This document shows positions 1 through 11,993 of a stretch of 64,000 nucleotides of DNA, piece after piece. The notes beneath the pieces are model-generated. The model did no database searches and was not told where the DNA came from. It saw nothing but the letters and a program-made list of their open reading frames with translations. Where the stretch lies: the NCBI GenBank assembly GCA_043228905.1, contig JBHGNT010000012.1:992001-1056000 (forward strand), read 5' to 3'. Within the stretch, counting starts at the first letter, position 1. The number at the start of each line of letters is the position of its first letter. The DNA is from Azolla caroliniana (taxonomy: Eukaryota > Plantae > Polypodiophyta). Position numbers and translations under genes: made by a program.

Positions 1-158
1 TTATTCCTTTTCCTTTAACAAAGCTTCTGCCATTATCTTGATAAAATGGCTACAACACTTCAACAACTAATTTCTGATACACAGTCCAAAAAACTTGTAT
101 GTGATCCCTCGGTAGTGTAGAGAAGATCTGTGGGCCTAATTTTCATTTTAAAATTCAG

Positions 159-795
159 GCTAAAGCTTTGGATGAGAAACGGGAACGTGATTTGAAGACC
201 GAAAGAGATCAAGCTGAAAGACATGTAAGAACATATGTTTGTTTTAACATTTGTGTGATTTCAAGCTTCCTTCATTTAAACAAGAATTTGCCATTTTGGT
301 CTTAACTTTGCAGAGGGCAGGAGAACTCGTGGATGCTGCGATCAAACGTTGGGCTGCTGGAAAGGAAGGGAATTTACGTGCTTTGCTATCAACACTTCAC
401 CATGTACATTTTTGTTTGAAACCATTTGTGTGTACATTCAGCTTTGCCTAGCATTTCACTAATGTAATCTAATGGACCTGTTTGTTTTTGTAGGTTCTTT
501 GGCCAGAGTCTGGTTGGAATCCAGTGTCATTGACGGACCTTATTACGAGTGCAGCTGTTAAAAAAGTATACAAAAAGGCTACTTTATGTGTTCATCCTGA
601 TAAGGTCCAGCAGAAGGGTGCTACAATCCAGCAGAAATATGTTGCGGAGAAGGTCTTTGACCTCTTAAAGGCGAGTTTCCATTTCACCTCTAATGAAGAG
701 ATTAAGAATAAATAGTTTTGCAATTGTTCGTAATAGTGATCTCTTTCCCTACACAGGAAGCTTCCAATAAGTTCAATTCAGAGGAGCTATACTAG
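159..795 (+). CDS. Auxilin-like C-terminal J-domain protein, last four exons (159-224, 314-403, 494-670, 757-795); 5' part lies outside the window
   Basis: Spliced translation [11 protein letters not shown]...[38 protein letters not shown]...[11 protein letters not shown]...[23 protein letters not shown] motif and the typical plant auxilin-related C-terminus. Last intron (671-756) is GC-AG. Confidence 0.93.
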
Positions 796-2723
796 TATTT
801 GAATCTTGCATGAATGAAGAGCTGAATGATTGATGAAGGATCATATGGAGACTGCATGAATCTCGAGATTTCATACTGTGTTCACCCTTTCAGCAGACAC
901 GGGGATATTGCATGCAAATTCTCACGTCAACTTCATGTTGTTTGCAAACAATATTAAACAATGTTTTCAGAGACGAAGTGCTGCTGGTGATGGTGACATC
1001 AGAATAGAGTCCTGGACGAACCTCACTAAGTGTGATATAGCAATTACTTTAACTCAGGCCCATAAATCTGCAAAATCATGATTTGTGTGGGTTTGGCATT
1101 CAGCCCTCGAAGTTAATATATATGAGCCTTTCTCTATGTGTGTTTTTTGTGTATGCATGACATACTCTATCCTGCCATCCCAGTACAGCTTATCCATATT
1201 TTTAAGTAATGAAAATGATTTGAGCAGCCAGAGTGTATATTTTCTGTATATCACTGATTATATGGTTATTATATCACAGCTTCCGTATGCATTTGATAAA
1301 TCATAGTACTAAAGCGTATGGTTATTTTTCTGCTGATTTGAATATCTAACACATTATTTTAAGATTAGATTTCATGTTTGCACTTCTGGACATTTTCTGA
1401 TTCCCATGACCAACGTTTTCTTAATCCAAGTGAGAATTAAATAATTTGTACATATAAATCATACTACAGATATGTGAACTTCATTTGAAGTCTTTTGCTC
1501 CAATGTTGAGAATCACAAGATAATAATGAAGTTGTGCTTCATAGTTAATTTTTGTTTGAGATGGGATGATATTGTAACCATTATCATTTGGCAAATTGGC
1601 AGCAATTGTGGATAGTTACTGTCCTTAAGTAGTTGCGTGCAGACAAAAGAGAACTTCATTGTCGATTTTAAAACAAAACTACTAAGGTAATCAGTATACA
1701 CTCTGATTATTATATGATTTGAAGTCATAAATCGTAGTCTTCATGTGGTGTAGTTTCCTGAATCTTCTTCATCTGACATTGATAGCATGTACTTAAAACT
1801 CATTCTCTTTCTTGACATGGATAGCATGTCCTATAAGCATCCTGGAATCTTATTCATTTGATTTGAGTCTACTTAGAAAACCATTTTCTTTCTTAAAAGT
1901 TATTCAATGAAGATTCTTGAATTGTTTCTTTTGATCAACTCATACACGAAACTCACTTTCTTGATCATCGCTAGCAGTTTTACAAGCATCCTGTAATCTA
2001 ATTCTTTAAAGATATTAAGTACATCCATCTAAATGACATCCACTGTGTGATCTCTAGCTCTTTACAATGAAGCTAAAGTCATCTAAAAGTGACACGTTTT
2101 ATGTACTGTGGCGTTGTGGACATCCTACTGCTGCATTATGATTGCCAACAACTGTTTAGTAACCAACTTCAGAACCATTTCATGTAACCACTTTCAGAAC
2201 CATAAATATCAATCAAGGGGTAAATGTAAATTTAGCTCATAAATTGTTTGATACAATCTTTTGGATGAAATCTTTCTCAGAAAATGGTATTTCAAGACTG
2301 AAATAATTGATGACAAAGTGGTCGTCAAAGGAAATGCTGATGTGACAAGACGTGTAGCAAAGAAGAAAAGCATGTCAGGAAGTAACTAAGCAATTTATTA
2401 AATTCATTGATCACATCTGAAAATAGAATATCATGAGACATCCAATAGAGTTACTTCTCATGGGCAGGTTGGTATGAATCTATAGCAGCCTAAACTAACG
2501 AAGCATCACATAGGCAAAACATCCAATATAAATACCTTCCATAGGCAGGTTTCTTGAATAGATGGCTGCCTAAACCCATATAAGATCAAGGTTGTCTAGG
2601 CAAAACATTCAACACAATACATTCCATGAGTGGCTTGTTTGAGTCAATGGCTGCCTAAACAGGCAAAATCCATCCGATAAATACCAGACATTGTCCTAAA
2701 TCTCAAATCTGCATGATCGTAAA

Positions 2724-2852
2724 ACATTTGTGGACAATATATGAGTGATTGGGTATGCAACACTTTCCAAACACTTTCCTACATTTGTGGACAATATATG
2801 GGTGATTGGGTATGCAACACTTTCCAAACACTTTTCTACATTTGTGGACAAT
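2724..2852. repeat. 57-bp tandem repeat, ~2.2 copies
   Basis: ACATTTGTGGACAAT recurs at 2724, 2781 and 2838. Confidence 0.85.
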
Positions 2853-3333
2853 CAAGAATACAGAACATTCTGAGATATTTAAGATTCGACTATTTTCATT
2901 AAGGACTAAACAAACTAAAAGTCTACATTTATGCATTCCTTTAAATGCTCGGTCACCATCGTAAGTGCTCAAGGGTAGGTAGGTCCAAACCACTTCATCA
3001 TTTGGCAAGCTTATCTGTTTACTGCACATCATCTCATATTGCATTTTGAAACAATTTAAAAATAACAATTTAAGTTTTAGGTACAACCTAAACGTCCTCT
3101 ACATTTTTCAGTCATAAACTCAGAAACACAAGAATGTCAAAGTCCACTTTAATGTGCACTAAAACAACAAAAACAACTGGGCAAAAAAGCCATATGGACA
3201 ACGAAGAATAGATGGAGATATAAAGCCAGATAAATATACATTTCAAAACAAAGTGACTTGTAAGGTAACAAATATTGTATGTACTCAAATGATCAAAAAG
3301 AAAAGAAAAAGAGATATTGTAAGCGGATGCTTT

Positions 3334-4431
3334 CTAGTTTGGCTTTCCAGAATACATCGAAACTGCTTCCTTCCATATCATATCCTGAATTTCCTCCACA
3401 GTAAGTGAGGAATTGTAACAATCATAGTCAAAGGAATTAGGGCAAGTGGGCTCATCTGAAGGATCATGGAGGCTCGAGAGATATGCATGATCTAGTGCTT
3501 CAGTGGCAGTGATCCTTTTTGTTGGATCAAAAACCAACATTCGCTCAGCGAGATCACAAGCTAGAGGAGAAACATGGGGAAACATAGTTGCCAGAGGTTG
3601 TCTTGTATACCCGGACAAGAATGTCAAAATATGCATCTGGGCTGAGGATTCTGAAAGGAAAGCCAAGTCAGTCTCTACTGGCGATCCTAAAAGTTTAGCA
3701 ATTAGCTTAAGGTGGTTCACAGGATGCTCTTGATGAATACTAGCGGGGAATGGGGTTTTTCCAGTAAGCATTTCAAGGAACAAACATCCAGCTGACCATA
3801 TGTCAACAGCTGCAGTATACAGTCTACTTCCAAGAAGAAGCTCCGGAGCTCTATATGGTCTAGTCACAACATATTCAGTAAGAAACTCATCTTCTGAGGA
3901 TGTAGATGTGCGAGCCAAGCCAAAGTCACATATTTTAAGCATACAATCATCACAATTCACGAGAATGTTGCTGGGCTTCAAGTCTCGATGAAGAATATTC
4001 CCTGAATGAAGGTACTTGAGACCTCTCAAGAGTTGGTATATGAAGAACTGGCAATAGCTATCTCCGAGGCATGGCGATGGTCTGAGAACCTGTTGAAGGT
4101 CAGTATCCATCAGCTCCGAGACTATATACACGTCATGGAAATCTGAAATGTGTGTGGGAATTATGAGATCTTTGATGGATAGGACATTTTCATGGCAAAT
4201 GTGAAGTAGTAACATAATCTCACGGAGGGTCCGGCAAGCAGTTAAGCGGGTTTTAAAAGCATTAGAGATCTTCTTGATAGCAACTTTCTCTCCTGTTTGT
4301 AGGTTAGTGAATGCATATACCTCTCCATAGGCGCCTGTGCCGAGGGGTCTGATAGGGTGGTAACAATCATAGACCACAAATTCACCTCCAGGGGTGGAAT
4401 ACCTTAAGTAGTTCCTACTCATGCCTCCCAT
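3334..4431 (-). CDS. TEY-type MAP kinase (group A/B-like), intronless coding region, divergent; 365 aa from first ATG
   Basis: Uninterrupted ORF with GTGAYG, VAIKK, HRDLKPSN, KICDFGLAR, TEY activation loop, RAPE and CD domain LHDPSDEPTC. The track start at 4497 is a TTG; the first ATG is at 4431. Confidence 0.92.
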   Translation of the reverse strand: MGGMSRNYLRYSTPGGEFVVYDCYHPIRPLGTGAYGEVYAFTNLQTGEKVAIKKISNAFKTRLTACRTLREIMLLLHICHENVLSIKDLIIPTHISDFHDVYIVSELMDTDLQQVLRPSPCLGDSYCQFFIYQLLRGLKYLHSGNILHRDLKPSNILVNCDDCMLKICDFGLARTSTSSEDEFLTEYVVTRPYRAPELLLGSRLYTAAVDIWSAGCLFLEMLTGKTPFPASIHQEHPVNHLKLIAKLLGSPVETDLAFLSESSAQMHILTFLSGYTRQPLATMFPHVSPLACDLAERMLVFDPTKRITATEALDHAYLSSLHDPSDEPTCPNSFDYDCYNSSLTVEEIQDMIWKEAVSMYSGKPN

Positions 4432-5037
4432 TTCTTGAAGCTCTCTTGTACATAAACAAGTTTCTTGGATCCGATCAACAAGAGGCTTATTGATCAATGC
4501 CAGTGAGATCAGAAACGACCTTTCTGCTTCAGATCAGAACTGTTGATATGGTTTTGATGCCGAGAACAAAGAACCCTAGTTTTTCTTGAGTCGGAATCTG
4601 AATATTCTAATCAGTCAGGTCAAATGAAACAATGAAGATTGGTTTGATGCAGAGAACGAGAAACCCAAGTTTGTTCTTGGGCCAGGATCTGAATTTTCTA
4701 ATCAATTAGATTACGTACACAAATGACGAGCGGAAGGTCTTACCTGTTCCCCTTCTTCTAATGAGAGAATGTGCAGAGATCTAGTTCAAGGAAAACTCTT
4801 GTCTTCTGCTCGAGAGAGATGCAGAAAATGGACTGCGATGGCTCTCTTCTCACCCCCCCTCTCTCTCTCTTAACAACCTTGTCTAACAGAAACAGCATTT
4901 GCTCTCAACAGCTATATCTTACAGAAGCAGCATTTGCCGTCTCCATCGGTCTGGATACCTGTCTCTCTGCTCTCTGCCTCTGCCTCTGTCTCTCTTTCAG
5001 AACTGAAGGGGAGATATAGAAACCATGGGAGGGAATA

Positions 5038-5079
<42 letters not shown>

Positions 5080-5273
5080 AGGCAATGGAAGCAGTGAAAG
5101 TTCAGTCTTTACTTCTTCTGATCTGTGCAGGCAATGGAAGCAGTGAGAGTTTAGTCTTTACTTCTTCTGATCTGTGCAGGCAATGGAGGCAGTGAAAGTT
5201 CAGTCTTTACTTCTTCTGATCTGTGCAGGCAATGGAGGCAGTGAAAGTTCAGTCTTTACTTCTTCTGATCTGG
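5080..5273. repeat. 49-bp tandem repeat, 4 copies
   Basis: GGCAATGGARGCAGTGA..GTT(C/T)AGTCTTTACTTCTTCTGATCTG starts at 5081, 5130, 5179 and 5228. Confidence 0.92.
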
Positions 5274-5537
5274 TGAGGAGGAGAAGGGAAGAAAGAAGAT
5301 GGACCCACAACACACAAGAAGATACATTCTCTGTCTCTGTCTCTGTCTCTGCTCTTTGTATCATTCTCATTCTCATTTTGTTGCCATTCATTCCTTTCAC
5401 ACATACACATGAATAATGAGAGATACATAGATGATTTAATGTTCATGGGAGACCAATTGTGATGAATGAATGAATGAATGAATGAATGAATGAATGAATG
5501 AATGAGTGAGTGAGTGAGTGAGAGAGAGTTGTCCAGC

Positions 5538-5925
5538 TAGCCGAGATGGATGTAGCTCAGTTGGTAAGGTTGCCCAATGGAGACCATGTGGTCATGGGTT
5601 CAACCCCCTACATTCCAACCAGAGTGGCACCTAGTCAAATAGATATATTATATGGTCTAATAGAGAGGTGAGAAAATTGTGCTTCAAACTCAAGATGTAG
5701 TGTTTATTAGTGTAAACAACTTTTCACTAGGATAAGATAATTGGTATACAAAAAAAGGACCCATCAACTACATGTAGCTTAGTTGGTAAGGTTGCCCAAT
5801 GGAGACCAAGAGGTCATGGGTTCTCAACCCCTTACATTCCACAGTAATTTGATAAGAAAGGTGAGAAATTGGGTTTCCAACCCGAGTGTAACAACTTATC
5901 GCTAGGGTAAGATAATTACGATAAA
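5538..5925 (+). mobile_element. Two tandem copies of a tRNA-derived SINE-like repeat (5538-~5750; ~5770-5925, internally deleted)
   Basis: A box TAGCTCAGTTGG (5553-5564) and B box GGTTCAACCCC (5597-5607). Body matches the reverse complement of 15361-15567. Flanked by GA-rich microsatellite. Confidence 0.8.
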
Positions 5926-8782
5926 AGAGAGAGGGGGGGAGAAGCTCGTGTTGCTTGCCCTTCATGTTACACCCTCGACAACGTGGATTTGCTCGTGTGA
6001 GGATTGTGTCCAATTCACTACATTATGCGTCTGTGGATGCCTTTCCCCACACATCCTCCTTTCCCCACACAATTGGCAACACACCCAACCTTGGTAGAGC
6101 TCCATTGAATAGCTGGTATGATGAGTGTCACGAATCAAGAGTGAATACTTCCAATGCATTGTGAGGATGACGAAGACCTTGTATATCGCTAAGTTTGAAG
6201 CACAAGTGTCACATGGAGGCTGGGACATTGAAGCAAAAGAGCATGGAGAATGATTACCCATTCTCGATTCTCGGTCACCTTCCCTTGCATCTTACTTTAT
6301 GTTATGACATACATTTGGAACTAACATAACTTGCTTAGTTTTTTTTCAAATGGAGGATTGATCTTTGTTTCACGCGCCCTACACTTTCACTTTGGAAAAA
6401 TTTGAGCCATCACAAAGAATGCACACAAATTGCTTTTGAAGTTGGAAAACTTGTTGCGGTGAGGCCTCTCCAATACCTTCAAGTGTTATGTTGCTCGCAA
6501 GTGCTATAATAGGGGCTTTAGGCTCTTTTCACTCTAACTTCATCGATGTTTGCCATTCCACATTTGACCTATAATAAGAGATTTAATTGTTGGTGGCCAA
6601 TTAATTATATTTTTTCAATATATTTCAAATAAATTGGTTGATTAAGTAAACACACTCAAAAAGATGATGAGGTAATCCGCATAATTGTAGGAATAACAAC
6701 ATTTCTCTTGTATTACAAGTAACAATTTATGATCATTAAAAAGATAAAAAGACAATCCACCTAATCATAGGAGAAAATCATTAGAACTTTATGTACACAC
6801 AACAATTAACGATTAATCGAGAGTGCGCCATTAGGGTTTCTTCTTTTCCACTAACTTTAGGTCTTGGGAGGTTTTTCTTTTATTCTTTTTTCTTCTTCAG
6901 ATTTAGGGTTTTCTTTTTCCTCTACTAAGAACATACTTGAGAGAGAGTTTCTTCTTCATCGTCTTACTTGAGAGTTTAGGGTTTTCTTCTTCTTATTCCT
7001 TTTCGGCGGCCTCTTTGACATTGCAACTACTTACCTACTTACTTACATCTACTTCGAAGGTTCAGTCTTCTTCTTCTCTGCAACAGAGAATGTTATGCAG
7101 CTCACTTGACTCAACTTCATCAAAAACTCCATAGCCTCCCTTTGGTTTTCGTTTGTGCTCTAATCATATGATCGTTTTGTAAAACCCACCAAAATCATGT
7201 TGGTCTATCTCTAATAATTGTAAACCTAAATTTGTAATGATATCTCTTGTATATGTTTACTCGCATTTTATTGTAATAGCATGTACATTCCTTGAATCAC
7301 ATGCATGTTAATCATCATTCGGGTCATCGCTCCCTTCGCATTTGGAGAGCCTTGGAGTTCAGGCTCTCTTCGACGTTCGGCTCCCTTTGAGTCTAAAGAT
7401 TCTTCCGTGTCTAAGACCTATCATTCGTGCCTTCTCAACCCTTGTGACCTCCCTAGTCCAAGACCCTCGTAGTCCCACGCGAGTAGCACACATGCGCGCA
7501 TTATCACGACAACGTGGCTAAATTATACCATGTACACAAGTGAGTAAAAATGGTCACTACGGAAGGTTGTGCACAATAGAAAACACAAATTTTAGCACAA
7601 TTAGTTGGTTTGTTGGTTTGAATATACTTTTGACACAATGTGGATTGACAACCTTGCCCAACTATTTGAAGTACTTGTACAACGCCTATCAATTTTTTTA
7701 TAATGATTAATGATTACATATCTTAAGACTAACCTTGTCCATCCAACTATTGCATAAACAAAATTTCAAATGATTTGATCATCATGAAAAGAAAAAAGGT
7801 TTCTTATTTTGCTTAATGAGTGTTCAATTCTTCGGTCATAGGAGCAAGCCACAATAGCCACACACACATATTGGGCTTCTCAAGGGATTCCAGCAATACA
7901 CACTTGGAAACCCCACAAATGAAGCTTCTTAAAGGGGTACCTCCATCATATGTGTGTGTGTGTGCGTGCACAACATAGTATAGATCTCTCAAAATATATA
8001 CAACCTTCACACTCACGTTACAATGGGAATGGCCCCCTATTTTCTATTCCCATTCTAAGCTATCAAGTTTGTTGTGTGATTCAACACATGTTCATTCTCT
8101 TTCATGCCCTTCACTTTTTCCTCTTCCTTGTTTCCATGACTTTGGCCTCCCATGATTGACATGGTGTTCAAATAAACCTATACGCTTATGATATCTACAC
8201 ATGCACCCACCACATTTACATGATTTGAACCCCAAGGCATGCACTACCAATTATTGACCAACCTTCGAACCTTGTATAAAAGATTACAAGCATTGACTTA
8301 CAAACATCCACCATTAACTTGCTCTGACTTTCAAGAACAAGGTGTTTAATACAAACCTTGCAAACAAGAACAAATAGAAAGATTATTCCTGTAGACCTTT
8401 CTTGTCTTTACATGAAATAATCTTGCACCATCCACATACACTTGATCAGGCTTATACATAAAAAAAAGGAAGCCTTAATAAATCCACATTAAAAAACCTA
8501 CCTTGAAAACTGTGGACTAAAAACTATGGTGGATGTCATTCCATACAAATGCTACAGACGAATACAGCTTAATTAAGATAGATAGATATCTTTTTAACAT
8601 CCATGGCAGACAGATTGCAATCTATAAGACGGGGCCCAGCCCATGGAGAGGATCAAACCTGGGTTCTCTACATTTTATGACTTTGATGCTATGGTGTTAG
8701 CTACCAAGCCAACAGCCATCGAGAAAATATACTCTTTATAAACATAAAACAGAACATGATATATATTAGGAGGAAGAGAGTA

Positions 8783-8857
<75 letters not shown>

Positions 8858-9203
8858 ACGTCCTCTAACTTAATATACAAAATGGGATCCACATGAAAGA
8901 CAAATAGCATATACTAGGAAAGAAGTATGTTTACAATTTGTGTCACAATATATGCATGCGTTTATTTGGATATCATAATTGACTCCTCATTCTTGAACAT
9001 TTTTCTGTAATCCAAATTCCAATCATGACTGATAAATAATTCTGAAGATATGGTTTTGCAAAAATATACAAAGAAAGAATTTATAAGAGATATAGATATG
9101 TATGTATATATGTAGTTTCTTAAAAGACAATGACATCGATCAAAACTAAATATTGATTGAAATTTACAGGAACTCATATAAACATCCATATTTACAAGAA
9201 ACT

Positions 9204-10832
9204 TTATTCTTTGAAGGTGATAAACCGAGACAGACATTGTGACAAATATCCTTGCAAGGTAGAAGTTAAAAAACTTGATGGCGATACAGATATTCTGGGT
9301 GTTGAATACTCTTTCAATGTAGTTTCTCGCCAGAACTTCAAAACATGAAGACTTTCTTCATCGGCATATCGTTGGATAACTATCCTTGATTCAAACCCTT
9401 TTTTCCTCATAATCTGACAGATTTCTCCTGGATTGTTGGCAGTTATAGTCACAAGGTAGAACAAGCCCTTGCGAGAGAGGAGCATATCTACAACCATAAG
9501 CATTCTATCAATAACTGTTCGCCCTCGATCTCCACCTGCCCAAGCAGATGTGATTCCATCTAATCCTACTTCTTCTTCGCATGTTAGAACATATGGTGGA
9601 TTGAAAATAAGAACATCAACTCTTCCCGCCAATCGTTCTTCTAATCCTGAAACGAGATCTGTGACAAATACTTCTCCAAAGATTTGGTGAGATCTAAGTG
9701 TAGATAATGTGGCCTTTGAAGCTTCTTCACTTAAATCGGTGGCAATATATTCAACATTGTTGGTCTCATCACCAAGCATTAGTGCTAGTGAAGTGATGAC
9801 ATAACCACTTCCTGATCCTACTTCTACACATACACTAGGTTGAAGTTCTCTTAGATGAGTTCTTTCTGAAAGAAGCGCATCTACAAGAGCAAAGGAATCA
9901 TCACATGGCTCGTAAACATCAGGGTGACTGGCTACAAGCCGAATATCTGCACAGTTTCTTTGAGGAGAGAAAACCTGATAAAAGCACAATAATGCAAAGA
10001 TTGAATATGTCTGTTGGTAAAGAGACTATTCTTAAGAGTCACCAAAGCATAGAATGTACACCTATATATGAAACATTAGACTACCTAGACTATTTCTATA
10101 TGTGATTCATGATGTGAAGATTTTGGTTTCCAAGACCACTCTCTAAAGATATAGTGAAATGTATCGCGATCTGCTCTTAAGACAGAGCTTCTATAAAACA
10201 CTTTTAATAAGAAGATGAACCAAGGATTTGGTCTAATATTTAGGGCCAGAATGCGCACTCATGCAACTATGAAGAGAACAAATATGTGAACCAATAAACC
10301 AAAGAAAATGATTGTTCTCCATGTTTATAACAGGTAAATTGAAGGCAACTTTACCATGGAAAATTGATAATGGTGATAGCAGAAGAGACGTTATCAATAT
10401 TTATGGCAGTGAAATAAAAACTAGATTTACATGTAAAATCCATATAGATGATAACAGAAAATTTTCTTCATATTTATAAGGGGAGAACAAATGACGGTTT
10501 ATCATGGAATTCCCCTATCCGGTGAAAACAGAATTTAGTTTTTTTCCATATTTATAGCAGGAAAACAAAAAAATAGATTTCCCATGGAAAGTCCATACAG
10601 GCGATAACAGAAGAAACGCCAGTCATCCTCGAAATGAAATAGAAATAGAATAAATACATAAATAAGAAATACGATCTACGTCTTCTTTTCTCTCTCTCGA
10701 GAGAAGAAGAAGACTTACCTGAGCAAAGGCGCCGTATTGATCGTTGATGAGAAGGGAGTGATCTGCGAGGTGAAGGCGCAAATGAGGAGGATGCAGAGCA
10801 GCGAGGGCGTTCACATCCAGGGCTATGTCCAT
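9204..10832 (-). CDS. HEMK2: HemK2/N6AMT1-family SAM-dependent methyltransferase; exons 10832-10719 and 9974-9204 (294 aa)
   Basis: VYEPCDDSFALVDAL, EVGSGSG SAM motif, FNPPY catalytic motif, AWAGG. Donor CAG/GTAAGT at 10719 and acceptor TTTTATCAG/ at 9974 join the exons in frame. Confidence 0.9.
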
Positions 10833-11002
10833 GGAGGATCAAACAGACGGGGATTAAGAAACACCAGAAGAAGCAAAGAAATCAGGCAAGAAACGCAGGC
10901 GGAGGAGGAGGAGAACAGGAACTCTCTCTCTTTCTTTCTTCTCTGTCTGTCTATCTATAATATGTCTCTTCTCTGAGTCAAATTGGATATGTCTAGCAAA
11001 GG

Positions 11003-11993
11003 GCCCGGTTTCGCCTCGAACCGAACCGAACCGTTAAGCCATGGTTTAAAGGTTTATAAGCTCCAAAATAATTAAATGGTTTGGTTTTAATTAGGGAAAA
11101 GTACCAGGATACCCTTGAAGTTCGTCTATTTATCAGAATACCCCTAGAAGTTCCAAATTTATTAGAATATCCCTAGAAGTTCTAAATTGATCAAACTACC
11201 CCTATGTCCAAAAAATTACACTTTATAAAGTAATTATACACTCAAATCTTCGGTAAATAGGGCTAGTTCGGGTCCATTTCTTCTATCTTTGGTAAATAGG
11301 GCTTGTAGATTTAAGTGTATAATGATTTTATAAAGTGTAATTTTTTGGACATAAGGGTAGTTTGGTAAATGTGGAACTTCCAGGGACATTCTGGTAAATA
11401 TACGAACTTCCAAGGGTATCCTGGTACTTTTCCCTTTTAATTATTAATAAACGATTCGGTTTTAGTTCGTTTTGGTTCTAAATCTAGGGTTTATCAGTTT
11501 ATAAGTTTAAGTGGTTTAGATTGAAGGTTTTTGGGCTAACTTTTTTTTATCCCTTAAATGTTTATGCGATTTAATGTTTTATATTGATTTAATTCACTTA
11601 ACTTAAATGTTTATTTAATTTAATGGCTTAATTAATGCTTATTTCTTTCTTTCTTTTTTCAATTTAATTAATTAATTAAACAAAAATGCTGATTTAATTT
11701 AGTGTTTTTTTATTTTTTTAATTAGTTTGATTTAAATATGGTTAGGTTTAAACTTTTTATTAAATGGCTCAAGTTTGGTTTTAACTTTTCCCTAAACGGA
11801 TTTGGTTTACCTTTTCTTAAATGGTTTGGTTTAATGGCTTGAAAGTTAATAACGGTTTGGTTTGGTTTGGTTTTTGTTTTATATAAATGGTTTGGTTTAA
11901 TGGCTTGAAAGTTCATAAACGGTTTTGTTTTATATAATTGGTTTGGTTTAGCTCGGTTTGCTTTCAAGGAAAAGAAATCGAACCGAACCGGGC
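11003..11993. repeat. AACCG/GGTTT-rich degenerate repeat element at the left border of the tandem array
   Basis: Dense AACCG/AACCA motifs. Ends GCCCGGTT (11003) and AACCGGGC (11986-11993) are inverted. No clear TSD. Confidence 0.5.
11094..11434. mobile_element. Mutator-like fold-back MITE, 341 bp
   Basis: Long TIRs GGGAAAAGTACCAGGATACCCTTG...CAAGGGTATCCTGGTACTTTTCCC and a perfect 9-bp TSD TTTTAATTA (11085-11093 / 11435-11443). Confidence 0.92.

Noticed and set aside
5080-5273. CRISPR-like array
   Set aside because: Units are contiguous with no unique spacers, the context is eukaryotic and there are no cas genes. The same applies to the 57-, 70- and 88-bp repeats.
5545-5620. Possible genuine tRNA gene
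   Set aside because: Has A/B boxes but no convincing anticodon arm or cloverleaf, and recurs as part of a longer dispersed repeat, so it is treated as a SINE-like head.
5955-6600. Possible degenerate TE coding fragment
   Set aside because: Short ORFs with no motif I can confidently recognise.
8630-8722. Second SINE family on the minus strand (TGGCTTGGTAG...GGTTTGATCCT)
   Set aside because: Boxes are degenerate and there is only one copy in the window, so it cannot be supported.
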